Shown piece by piece: positions 45,980 to 54,981 of a DNA stretch of 64,000 nt. A program made the translations under genes and the position numbers. The notes under the pieces were generated by a model. The model did no database searches. It was not told the DNA's origin and was given only the letters and a program-made list of their open reading frames with translations. The first letter of the stretch is position 1. Each line of letters opens with the position of its first letter. Source of the stretch: an uncultured Phycisphaeraceae bacterium (lineage in GTDB: Bacteria; Planctomycetota; Phycisphaerae; UBA1845); NCBI GenBank assembly GCA_964569425.1, contig CAZMVD010000007.1, positions 1,477-65,476 of the forward strand. Reading direction: 5' to 3'.

Positions 45980-47593
45980 TCACCCCCGACTGATGACCAG
46001 CACGGCTGCATCGTCATCCGCCTGGCTGCCGCCCAGGTGGGTGGTGTACGCCTGGGCGATGTTTGCCATCAGCGTCGCCGCCGGGGCAAACGCCGCGCGG
46101 TCCAGCAGAACCTCATGGAGCCGTTGATCTCCGAGCGCTTCACCTCCGACACTGGCCGCTTCGACCAACCCGTCTGTATGGCAGACCACTCGGAATCCCT
46201 CAGGTAATTCCACTCGGGTGGCGTCGTACAGGTAATCCGGGTCCACGCCGAGCACCAGCGAGGGTTGATCGAGCGTGACCAGACGACCGGGCGCTACCAG
46301 CAGCAGCGGCGGCATGCCTCCGGCGTTGACGTAGGCCAGTTTCCCGGCGGCAAGATCGATGGCCAGATAAAGGCATGGCAGCACCTGGCGCGCCGTGGAT
46401 GTGCCGATCGTCCGATTCAGTTGATTGATCAACGCAGCGGGGTCAAGCAGCACGTCGTCGGACACGGCCACGGCGGCGTGAATGGCAGTCCGCAGTGCCG
46501 CCGCCTGTACCAGTCCGGAGATGCCGTGTCCGCCGCCGTCGATGAGCACTGCGCAACAGCGCTGTTCGTCGAGGTGCAGCACGTCTCCCAGGTCGCCGCA
46601 TCGTGCCCGCCCGGCGAAGACGCGCAGTGCGACATCGAAGGTTTCGCTGGACTTGGGCGGCAGGGAGAGTGTGGCCTGAACGCGGCGCAACGTGCTCAGC
46701 CACGCCACCCCCTCGCGCCCAGCGGTACGGGTGAGCTTACGCGACGATTCTGCGATCATGGCACCGATCAGTGCCCCTGCCGCAGCGGTATATTGCAATG
46801 CCGTGGCGGCAAAGGGCTTTTTCGACGCCGCCCGATCGACATAAACGATTCCGATGACCTCACCGCGGTAGGTCAGGGGGGCGACGATGGCGGTTGTGGC
46901 ATAGCCGAGCTTGGTTCCCACTTGTGATGCGGTTTGAGGATATCGGCCTGATACTGCCTGAAGAATGGGCGCCAATACGAACCACTGACTCACGGGTGTC
47001 ATCGATCCGCCAGCGGGCCGGCGCAAGGCCCGATGGGCGAGGGGGCGCAGCTCCGTCTTGCTGTCGCCGCGAAGTGCAATCAGACCGCGTTCCGCCTGTA
47101 CGTCGAGCAGCAGTTGCCCGAGGGCGGTGTTGGCGATGTCCTCGGGCCGCACCATCAGCGACGGTTCTCCGGAAAGGCGGGAGAGTTGTTCCACCTGTGA
47201 TAGGGTGAGCGACAACGGTGCCTTGGTCTTGATCCATTCACAGTGCGGCGGCTCGGTCCGGTCGGGGGTCAGGAACTCGAGGTCGATGCGTTCCGGGGAC
47301 ACCGTGTCGTCGAGAAACTCCAGGACGCGGTCGCCCGCGCGGATGACGTCGCCGTGGGTTAACAGGGTTTCGGTGATCAGCTCGCCGTTGACGTACGACT
47401 TGTTGCGACTGCCGAGGTCGCGGACCCGAAACCGTCCGTCCGTCTCCATATCGATGCGCAGGTGCTCGCGCGAGATCATGTCGTCGTCGAAGCTGATCTG
47501 GCAGTTGGGGGCGCGTCCGAGAACGAAATGGTCGGTGTCCAGCGACCGGGTTTGCAACTGTCCGGCGTCATCGACATAGCGCAGCAGGGCCAT
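45980..47593 (-). CDS. FHA-GAF-PP2C (SpoIIE-type) serine phosphatase
   Basis: FHA: FVLGRAPNCQISFDDDMISREHLRIDMETDGRFRVRDLGSRNKSYVNG. Central GAF-like region. PP2C: CGDLGDVLHLDEQRCCAVLIDGGGHGISG...VCHTDGLVEA. Confidence 0.85.
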   Translation of the reverse strand: MALLRYVDDAGQLQTRSLDTDHFVLGRAPNCQISFDDDMISREHLRIDMETDGRFRVRDLGSRNKSYVNGELITETLLTHGDVIRAGDRVLEFLDDTVSPERIDLEFLTPDRTEPPHCEWIKTKAPLSLTLSQVEQLSRLSGEPSLMVRPEDIANTALGQLLLDVQAERGLIALRGDSKTELRPLAHRALRRPAGGSMTPVSQWFVLAPILQAVSGRYPQTASQVGTKLGYATTAIVAPLTYRGEVIGIVYVDRAASKKPFAATALQYTAAAGALIGAMIAESSRKLTRTAGREGVAWLSTLRRVQATLSLPPKSSETFDVALRVFAGRARCGDLGDVLHLDEQRCCAVLIDGGGHGISGLVQAAALRTAIHAAVAVSDDVLLDPAALINQLNRTIGTSTARQVLPCLYLAIDLAAGKLAYVNAGGMPPLLLVAPGRLVTLDQPSLVLGVDPDYLYDATRVELPEGFRVVCHTDGLVEAASVGGEALGDQRLHEVLLDRAAFAPAATLMANIAQAYTTHLGGSQADDDAAVLVISRG

Positions 47594-47858
47594 GCCCGGC
47601 CACTATATGGGGGCGCGACCCCCTGACAAGCTTGAGGGGGCGCATGTATTATGGGGTCGGGGCCCATAAGGTCTCGCGCGGCGCAAAGGGTCAGGATCAG
47701 GTTTGCGGGGCGCTGCCAATTTGAACTCAATAGAGATGAATGAGGTAATCAGGTTATCGGTCGAAGATTGACTATTTTAGCCAGACTCCGCAAGTTGCGA
47801 TTCGAGCCGTTAGTGCCCGCCAAACCAGAAGTTAGAGAGGATTCTCGGGGCCAGTCTA

Positions 47859-47887
47859 TTGACGGCTTTGAAAGGACTCGCTAGTAT
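47859..47887 (+). promoter_or_regulatory. Sigma70-like promoter candidate (TTGACG-17 nt-TAGTAT)
   Basis: TTGACG at 47859-47864, 17-nt spacer, TAGTAT at 47882-47887, about 70 nt upstream of the PEP-CTERM gene, in a visibly AT-richer intergenic region. Confidence 0.35.
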
Positions 47888-47958
47888 AGGGAAGAGTTGT
47901 CCGGGAGCTGTGCGCATCCCGGTCGTTCGGGCTCGTTTTTCGGGAAAGAGGCACTACG

Positions 47959-48603
47959 GTGGGGAAAGGTCCAGGTCAGTCGGTGTGCAAGCCCTTGCTC
48001 TCGGTCGCTGCGCTGGCGGTGTTCGTCGGGGCGGCGTCACCTTCCGCGTTGGGCAATATCGTTCTCGATTTTGAGTCGGCCGCGTCATCCACCAAGATGT
48101 ACGCGGGCGTTTCCAACGAGTATACGTCGTTCGGATTCAAACTCGAGAGTTCTGCTTTTGCCTCGTGGGGCACGTCCAGTTCGAACTATGCGGGGTCTAC
48201 CGCGTTGTTTAATCTTTTTGACAACGATACCACGGTACTCTCGCGGACGGACGGCGGAGTGTTCGACCTGTATTCCATCGATTTGAGTGAGGCCTTCCGT
48301 GGGGGGCGGTCCGCGTCTGTCGACTTTGTCGGCACTCGAGTGGATGGTACCCAGGTGGTGGAGTCTGTCGTGTTGGACGGGATCTTCGGGTTTGAATCGT
48401 TCAACTTCAACAGCCTGACGGGGGTTACTTCCGTTTTCTGGTCGCAGGGTTCGTCGTACCATCAGTTCGACAACGTGGCGCTGGGGTTGATGGGCGATCC
48501 GAGTCCCGGCGGGGTCGTACCTGTACCCGGGGCGTTTCTCCTGGGTGCCTTTGGTCTGACGCTGGCCGGCGTGATCAAGCGGCGGCAGTCCAAAACCGCC
48601 TGA
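47959..48603 (+). CDS. PEP-CTERM sorting-domain protein
   Basis: Signal peptide KPLLSVAALAVFVGAASPSALG. C-terminal VPVPGAFLLGAFGLTLAGVIKRRQ (PEP-like motif, TM helix, basic tail). Confidence 0.75.
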   Translation: MGKGPGQSVCKPLLSVAALAVFVGAASPSALGNIVLDFESAASSTKMYAGVSNEYTSFGFKLESSAFASWGTSSSNYAGSTALFNLFDNDTTVLSRTDGGVFDLYSIDLSEAFRGGRSASVDFVGTRVDGTQVVESVVLDGIFGFESFNFNSLTGVTSVFWSQGSSYHQFDNVALGLMGDPSPGGVVPVPGAFLLGAFGLTLAGVIKRRQSKTA

Positions 48604-48630
48604 GCCGCTCAGGAACTTTGAAGAACGTGT

Positions 48631-48663
48631 GGCCGCGGCCCTTTTGGGCCGCGGTTTTTTTTT
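48631..48663 (+). terminator. Intrinsic terminator
   Basis: GGCCGCGGCCC-TTTT-GGGCCGCGG followed by T9, 28 nt after the stop. Confidence 0.85.
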
Positions 48664-48826
48664 GCTCATTCCGAGTTTGGGGCCAAAGTCCCGCAAGGAA
48701 CGACTCTGATGACTACATACTGCTTTGAGGGGAAAGAACCGCTTTGAGTCAAGGCCGGTACAGGCCGGATTGCTTGTGGCCATGAGATTGGTTGGGTTCC
48801 TGTTGTCGGATTGAGGAGGAGAAGTC

Positions 48827-49390
48827 ATGCGATCAACTCTTGCGAAGATGGGGGTGATGGCCGGGGTAATGGCGTTTGCGACGGCTGCCCAGGCAGCCAT
48901 TGTGTCCTTTCATTTTCCCCTGGAGGGATCCCAGGAGGCAGTGCCCAACAACAGCAATTCGGCCGGGGCGGCCACGCTGCGGTATGACACCGTCAACCAG
49001 ACTTATGATCTGGATCTGTTCGTGGTCGGTATTCCGCTGTCGAACCTGGCGGCCGCGGGCGCCAACGGCACGCCGGTGCACTTTCACCGGGCGCCTCCGG
49101 GTGTGAACGGACCGATCGTCGTCGACGTCGGCTACTTCGGGACCTTTGTGAATGACGGGCTTGGCATTCGGTTGATGGTCTCGGACATTCTTTTTGGCGG
49201 CCCGCAGGGGGCGATCAACTCCGATCCGACGCAGAATGCCGCCGATTTGTTCGCGGGGAACTTATACCTCAACGTGCACACGCTTGATTTTCCGGGTGGG
49301 CAAATTCGCGGCCAGGTCGTACCTGAACCGCTGACCCTGTTTCTGGTCGGCGCCGGTGGCCTGGTTCTGTTTCGCCGGCGAGGCAAATAG
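48827..49390 (+). CDS. CHRD domain protein with PEP-CTERM anchor
   Basis: Signal peptide MGVMAGVMAFATAAQA. CHRD-like SNSAGAATLRYD...VHFHRAPPGVNGPIVV...NLYLNVHTLDFPGGQIRGQV. C-terminal VPEPLTLFLVGAGGLVLFRRRGK. GAGGAGGAG RBS. Confidence 0.8.
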   Translation: MRSTLAKMGVMAGVMAFATAAQAAIVSFHFPLEGSQEAVPNNSNSAGAATLRYDTVNQTYDLDLFVVGIPLSNLAAAGANGTPVHFHRAPPGVNGPIVVDVGYFGTFVNDGLGIRLMVSDILFGGPQGAINSDPTQNAADLFAGNLYLNVHTLDFPGGQIRGQVVPEPLTLFLVGAGGLVLFRRRGK

Positions 49391-49429
49391 CCTGTTTACC
49401 ATCCATATCCTGTGGGGACCTTTCGACGA

Positions 49430-49457
49430 GGGCGCCGGTCAGCCGGCGCCCTTTTTT
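49430..49457 (+). terminator. Intrinsic terminator
   Basis: GGGCGCCGG-TCAG-CCGGCGCCC followed by T6. Confidence 0.8.
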
Positions 49458-49651
49458 ATGGGTGGTTTCGGGAACCGGCGGAAACACGACCTGGCCGGGT
49501 CCGAGTCTCCGCGGGCTCAAGGCACTTTCGCCATGTGGCAATCGCCCATCTCTTGGTCCCGGGGAGCATTTGCGGCGCGCGGGACAAGTACCCGTTCGAG
49601 GCCGCAGTGCTGTCATTGCCAACGAATCCGGTAGAATCTCCGACCGTGACG

Positions 49652-50479
49652 ATGCCTGCCATGGTCGAGAGTCGCAATCGTGCGGATGAGGCGGTCGCGC
49701 TGATTCGCAGCGTCGTGCGCACCGTGGACGAAGTCGCGGGCGTGGACCGACTGTGGTCCGGCGGGCTCGTTCATCCCGGTGGGCCGCACTATCGGCTCCG
49801 CGGGACGCTGGTGCCGATCAGCATCGGCGAGGACGAGTGCCTGGCGTTGGCCCGGATCATCGAGCAGTTCCGTCCGCGACGCTGTTTTATCGTGGGCAAC
49901 GCATTCGGCGTCAGCAGCGTGGTGATCGCCAAGGTCATGGAACGGTGCGGCGGTGACGCGGTCATTACACTGGACAGCAAGAGCGAGGGCCATGGTGAGC
50001 GGTGCTATCGTGTGGCCGAGTCGCTTCGGCAGCGCATGAATGCCACGCTTCTGACCAACAAGGTCGGCTGGTCTCCGCGCGACGTGGGCGCGGCGGCGGG
50101 TGAGGGAACGTATGACCTGGTGTTCATCGACGGGGACCATTCGCACCCGCAGGTCACGCGCGATTTCGAGGGCGTGCAACGGCTGATCCATGAGCGGACG
50201 ATCGTGTGCTGGCACGACTACTGGGTGGACGGCGTGCCGCAGAGCGTGGCCGCGGCCGAGGCGGCGGGCTATTCCTGCCTGAAAGTGAATACGTCGTGCG
50301 AGATGGTGTTCGGCACGCGCAGCGCGGCGGTGTTTGACGAGCTGCGTGAGCTTTTTCCCGCGGGCGAGCCGCCGCGCCGGCGGGCGCGGTCGGTGGGGGT
50401 GTGGGGCCGGTTGGGGGCGAGTTTCCTGGCGTACCTGTTTGGGAGATGCTGCGGGCGCCGCCCGCGGGATCCCGTTTGA
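49652..50479 (+). CDS. Class I SAM-dependent methyltransferase-like protein
   Basis: CFIVGNAFGVSSVVIA (Gly-rich loop), VITLDS, YDLVFIDGDHSHPQVTRDF. ATG 49652 chosen because the ORF-track start lies inside the upstream terminator. Confidence 0.6.
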   Translation: MPAMVESRNRADEAVALIRSVVRTVDEVAGVDRLWSGGLVHPGGPHYRLRGTLVPISIGEDECLALARIIEQFRPRRCFIVGNAFGVSSVVIAKVMERCGGDAVITLDSKSEGHGERCYRVAESLRQRMNATLLTNKVGWSPRDVGAAAGEGTYDLVFIDGDHSHPQVTRDFEGVQRLIHERTIVCWHDYWVDGVPQSVAAAEAAGYSCLKVNTSCEMVFGTRSAAVFDELRELFPAGEPPRRRARSVGVWGRLGASFLAYLFGRCCGRRPRDPV

Positions 50480-50574
50480 ACTGGTGACAACCAGACGCCG
50501 GGGCCCGGCCCGGGACCTGGCGTGCAGGCGAAGTGGATCGATGCCGGTGCCAGGTTTTTGACGGCGATGAAACG

Positions 50575-51504
50575 ATGGAACGCGCGTATTACGTGGTGGA
50601 TGCCTTCACCAGTGAACCGTTCGGCGGCAACCCCGCGGCGGTGGTCCTCGATACGCAGGGGCTGAACGATGAGGGCATGCAGCGCATTGCGGCGGAGTTC
50701 AACCTCAGCGAGACGACCTTTGTGCTCCCGCCGGTGGAGGTCAATCCTGGGAGCGCTGAGCACCGCGTGCGCTTTCGCTGGTTTTCGCCATCGGTCGAGG
50801 TGCGCATGTGCGGGCATGCCACGCTGGCCGGTGTGCACGCCATGGTTGAGTCCGGGCGACTGCCGTTTTCCCCGAAAGCGGCGAGCGTCCAACTGGCCAT
50901 CGAAACGCGGTCCGGTGTGCTGCGGGCCTTCGTCGAGCGACTTCCCTCGGATTCTCGCGGCGTAGTGATCTGGCTGGACTTGATCGATCCGCGCCTGACG
51001 CCGCTATCGCTGGACCTGCCGGCGCTGGCCGAAGCGCTCCGATTGCCGCCCGATGCCATCGACGACGCCATGCCGCCGGTGCGCACGCAGGATGACGACG
51101 TGCTGGTTTTCGTACGTGACGTATCTCTGGTGAACGCGGCCAACCCGCGCTTTGAGCAACTGGCCGCCTTGATGGCCGAGAGCGCCGCGCGCGGGTTGAG
51201 CCTGGCCACGCGGTGCACGCTCACGCCTTCGGTACACCTGCAATCGCGTTTTTTTGCTCCCGGGGCGGGCATCGACGAGGACCCGGTGACCGGAAGTGTG
51301 CACGGTCCGCTGGCGGCGTACCTGGTCGCGCAGGGCCACGTCCCGCTCACCGACGGTCTGGCGGGCCTGCAATGCGTGCAGTCGAAGCCCGGCGGCCGGA
51401 CCGGGCTCATCTGGGCGCTGGTCCAGCCGCGTGCCGATGGAACTGCCGGCGTGCGCATCGGCGGGCGCACGGTCACCACGATGCGCGGCGTGCTGGTGGC
51501 GTGA
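50575..51504 (+). CDS. PhzF family isomerase
   Basis: YYVVDAFTSEPFGGNPAAVVLD...IAAEFNLSETTFVLPP...RWFSPSVEVRMCGHATLA...FFAPGAGIDEDPVTGS. Confidence 0.9.
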   Translation: MERAYYVVDAFTSEPFGGNPAAVVLDTQGLNDEGMQRIAAEFNLSETTFVLPPVEVNPGSAEHRVRFRWFSPSVEVRMCGHATLAGVHAMVESGRLPFSPKAASVQLAIETRSGVLRAFVERLPSDSRGVVIWLDLIDPRLTPLSLDLPALAEALRLPPDAIDDAMPPVRTQDDDVLVFVRDVSLVNAANPRFEQLAALMAESAARGLSLATRCTLTPSVHLQSRFFAPGAGIDEDPVTGSVHGPLAAYLVAQGHVPLTDGLAGLQCVQSKPGGRTGLIWALVQPRADGTAGVRIGGRTVTTMRGVLVA

Positions 51505-51583
51505 GCGGTACGACCCAAACTCATGAACCACGCCATGTGCCGGTTGGCGCCGCACGTCGATTCACTCATGAGGCGATGGGCCC

Positions 51584-52459
51584 ATGAACGGTCGTGTCGC
51601 GGCTATCGTCAATCCGATCTCGGGGCGGCGTAACATGCTGCCGGTGGTCCGCGAAGTTGGGCGCATCCTGCAACGAAACGGGACGTCACTGGATATTCAT
51701 GTCACGCAGGGCGCGGGCGAAGCGACCGGCTGCGCCGCGGGCCTGGCTCCGGGCACACAGGCGGTGCTCGTGGTGGGCGGCGATGGTACGGTCTGCGAGG
51801 TGATTAACGGGTTGATGGCGCGCCCGCTCCCCTTCGTGATCCTGCGCACCGGCACCGAGAATCTGCTGGCGCGCGAGCTGCGCATGCCCACGGAACCGCA
51901 CGACGTGGCGCACACGCTGCTGCGCGGCCGCCCGCGCCCGCTGGACGTGGGCGTGGTCAACGGGCGGCATTTCCTGGCGGTCACCGGTGTCGGCTTTGAT
52001 GCGGAGTGTGTTCATCGCCTGACGCGGGTGCGGCGCGGGCACATCACCCACGGCGATTATTTCTGGCCGGTGTGGCGCACCTTCTGGGCGCACCGTTTTC
52101 CCTTCTTGCGCGTGGAGGCCGACGGCGATACGGTTTTCGAGGGCCCGGGGCTGGCGCTGGTGGGGGTGATCGGGCAATACTCCATCGGCCTGCGGATGCT
52201 GGCCCACGCGCGCCCGGACGACGGCCTGCTGGATTTGTGCGTGATGCCCTGCGCGACGCGCGCCCAATTGCTGGGACATGCTTTCCGCGCCCTGCGCCGC
52301 CGACACGTGGAGCACCCGGGCGTGATCTACCGCCAGGGCCGGCACATCCGTATCACGTCGACCGAATCGGTGCTTGTCGAGATTGACGGCGACCAGGGCG
52401 GCCGACTCCCCATCGAGTGCACCATACTCCCCTCCGCCGCGCGTTACCTGGCCTCGTAA
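51584..52459 (+). CDS. Diacylglycerol/lipid kinase family protein (YegS/BmrU-like)
   Basis: AAIVNPISGRR...AVLVVGGDGTVCEVINGL...LRTGTENLLAREL...GVGFDAECV. Confidence 0.85.
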   Translation: MNGRVAAIVNPISGRRNMLPVVREVGRILQRNGTSLDIHVTQGAGEATGCAAGLAPGTQAVLVVGGDGTVCEVINGLMARPLPFVILRTGTENLLARELRMPTEPHDVAHTLLRGRPRPLDVGVVNGRHFLAVTGVGFDAECVHRLTRVRRGHITHGDYFWPVWRTFWAHRFPFLRVEADGDTVFEGPGLALVGVIGQYSIGLRMLAHARPDDGLLDLCVMPCATRAQLLGHAFRALRRRHVEHPGVIYRQGRHIRITSTESVLVEIDGDQGGRLPIECTILPSAARYLAS

Positions 52460-52953
52460 CTGGGATCATTACGTGTCGAAATGCTGCCACGCGGGTCGCC
52501 GCGTATGGCGCGCAGCCATAGCAGCCACTCCGCATACGCATAGGGTACCGCCATTTCGACGTGCATTCGTCGCAGTTGCGACAGGCTCGCCTCGGTGAAT
52601 GGCCCCTGCCACGCCTGGGCAGCGGGATCGCAGAAGAACACGCGGCAGCCCAGGGGTCGCCGGTCGCGCACATGGCACTGACCCGCGTACGCATGGGGGC
52701 ACGCATCCTCGGTCACGGGTGGGGGGCCATCTCCGGTGGCCAGGTAATAACTCACCTCCAGCGAAGTGACGTACAACCGATGGCCGAACTGGCCGAAGCG
52801 GCAGCACGCACCGCGGTTCCAGCAGGTGGCCGCCTGGCCGGCAATGGCCCGGTCCGCGTCGGCATAGAATTCGCGCATGGCCGCGACCACTTCGCGGCGC
52901 TCTGCGGCCTGTCGCACTTCATCTACCGGAAGCGATTCCCCCTGGCTGATCAT
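52444..52953 (-). CDS. YkgJ-family Cys-cluster (putative Zn/Fe-binding) protein
   Basis: CWNRGACCRF...CPHAYAGQCHVRDRRPLGCRVFFC cysteine pattern. Convergent with the kinase gene; the ends overlap by 16 nt. Confidence 0.55.
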   Translation of the reverse strand: MISQGESLPVDEVRQAAERREVVAAMREFYADADRAIAGQAATCWNRGACCRFGQFGHRLYVTSLEVSYYLATGDGPPPVTEDACPHAYAGQCHVRDRRPLGCRVFFCDPAAQAWQGPFTEASLSQLRRMHVEMAVPYAYAEWLLWLRAIRGDPRGSISTRNDPSYEAR

Positions 52954-53218
52954 GCCGGCAGTCTACCCGCCGGCCGGTGCACGAATCCAGCGTGTACCAG
53001 TGATTCGTCCTTCAGGATCGATCCGATGGCGCTGCGGGGGCAGCCCACGCGTGTGGAAAGGGGCATCCCCGGCGGCGCAAACTGATCGGATATCGCGTTT
53101 CGGGGGATCAAAATTGCTTGTTATGGGGCCTGGAATGGGGTATACTAAAGCATCGATTCACCCATGCTTGTTGGTACGCACTTGCGCCGCACGGCGCACC
53201 AAATGGGAGGATAAGACC

Positions 53219-54670
53219 ATGACCACGTCGTCGCTATCAAGAAGAGTGCTTATTGGATTGCTTTCAGCCATTGTGCTTGCCGCCTGGTCCGAAGGGACGA
53301 GCGCCACACCCCTTGTTGACCCTCCCGCTGCGTTTGGGCACGGCGCAGGCGTACCCGATGCAGGCGCCATGGTACTGGCGCCCGAGGCATGCTGCTTCGA
53401 CCCCACGGGATGCGTGAACGTCGAGCCGACGGACTGCACGAATGCCGGTGGTACGGCGATGGGCCCGGGAACCACTTGCGCCGGGTTGGGGGCCTTCTGC
53501 GCTTCGGCCGGGGCCTGTTGCCTGATGGGCGGCGGTTGTGACGACACGGTGTCACAGTTTATCTGCGAGGACGGCGGCGGCACGTTCCTCGGCGTGGGGG
53601 GAGCGTGTCTGGCCAATGAGGGTGCAGGCAATTCGTGCAGCGACGGTGTGGACAACGACTGCGACGGCGTGACAGACTGCGACGATCCTGATTGCGAAGG
53701 TACGGCTGCCTGTACAGGTGCCTGTTGCGCGCCGGACGGCAGCTGTACGGATGGAGACGACGAAACCGTCTGCGTCAACGGCGGCGGGCAGTATCAGGGC
53801 GACGGGACGAATTGCGGTTCGGTCTCCTGCCCACAGCCGCTGGGCGCGTGCTGCCTCACCAACCTGAGCTGCTTGAGCCTGACCGATGCCGATTGTGCCA
53901 ACGTGCCCAACAGCGGCTGGGCGGGGCCGCTAACCACCTGTGCTGATCCTTTCCCTGCGGCCGAGGTTCCCGGCGCCACCTGCTGCGACGGGCTGGACAA
54001 CGATTGCGACGGGCGGACCGATTTGGATGACGCGGATTGCGCCGGTGCGTTTTGTTCGAATCCGCCGGCGACGGCTCCTGTGCCGCACGATCGCAAGAAG
54101 AACCGCTACATTTCGTTTACGCCCAATAACGGCGCGGCGCCGGTGCGCTTTCAGGTGACCAAGCTCACCGCGCCCACGCCCGGCGTCATCGGCTGGGTGG
54201 GCAATCCGGACGGCAACGGCATCGCCAAGGTGGTGCCGACCATGCCCGCGCTGCGGGTCTGGAACGAGCCGGTGATTCATCTGGGCGATTGCGAGATCGT
54301 GCCCGTAGCGCAATACGAAATCCGCGCCAGCGAAGGCACGGGCTTTTCGCCACCGCTGCTGGTTTCGACGATTGATTTGCCCTTCGGCGCCAAGCCCTGG
54401 GGAGATACTGTCGGCGTTTTTACGGGCACCGAATGGACGCCGCCGAATGGCATTGTAGGCGTCAATGACTACTTAGCTGCTCTCCAGAAGTTTCAGAACC
54501 TGCCCTCGGCACCGCACCTGACGGTGTGCGACGTCCAGGCCGTGAGCACCACCGATCCTTGTCTCAACCGCCTTGTCGGCATCGCGGATGTTTTTCTGCT
54601 CTTGAAGGCATTCCAGGGCGAGGCGTATCCCTTCACCACCGACCCGACGGCGTGTCCGCCGTGTCCGTGA
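53219..54670 (+). CDS. Secreted Cys-rich repeat protein (four 'ACC' modules, two DNDCDG metal-binding-like motifs, dockerin-like C-terminus)
   Basis: GGGAGG RBS plus ATG 53219. Signal peptide VLIGLLSAIVLAAWSEGTSA. Repeats GACCxxxGxC...C...GG...C occur four times and CxDGxDNDCDGxTDxDDxDC twice. Confidence 0.75.
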   Translation: MTTSSLSRRVLIGLLSAIVLAAWSEGTSATPLVDPPAAFGHGAGVPDAGAMVLAPEACCFDPTGCVNVEPTDCTNAGGTAMGPGTTCAGLGAFCASAGACCLMGGGCDDTVSQFICEDGGGTFLGVGGACLANEGAGNSCSDGVDNDCDGVTDCDDPDCEGTAACTGACCAPDGSCTDGDDETVCVNGGGQYQGDGTNCGSVSCPQPLGACCLTNLSCLSLTDADCANVPNSGWAGPLTTCADPFPAAEVPGATCCDGLDNDCDGRTDLDDADCAGAFCSNPPATAPVPHDRKKNRYISFTPNNGAAPVRFQVTKLTAPTPGVIGWVGNPDGNGIAKVVPTMPALRVWNEPVIHLGDCEIVPVAQYEIRASEGTGFSPPLLVSTIDLPFGAKPWGDTVGVFTGTEWTPPNGIVGVNDYLAALQKFQNLPSAPHLTVCDVQAVSTTDPCLNRLVGIADVFLLLKAFQGEAYPFTTDPTACPPCP

Positions 54671-54981
54671 TTCCGGAGGGATCCAGGAAGCGGTTGATCG
54701 GGGGCGGCGGAAACCAGTCGGGTGACTCCGTGTCACGTCCGAGCAATCTGGTCTTGCTTTCCGTTCTGCGCGCCGGAGCCAGGAGCCGCGGCGCCGTGCT
54801 CTGGAGCTTGCGCGGCGCGGAATAAGCCAATCTCGGTCAGACCCTGCCGCAGACCCTTTCTTTCCATGGCGCCGGGCGAGAACTATACTGTTTCACGGGC
54901 TACGGTAAGAACGCCGGTGGCGAAGCGGGTAGTTCGCAGCGTCGTTCTCCAGCCGGCCGCCAGGGATACCACAAGCCATCC

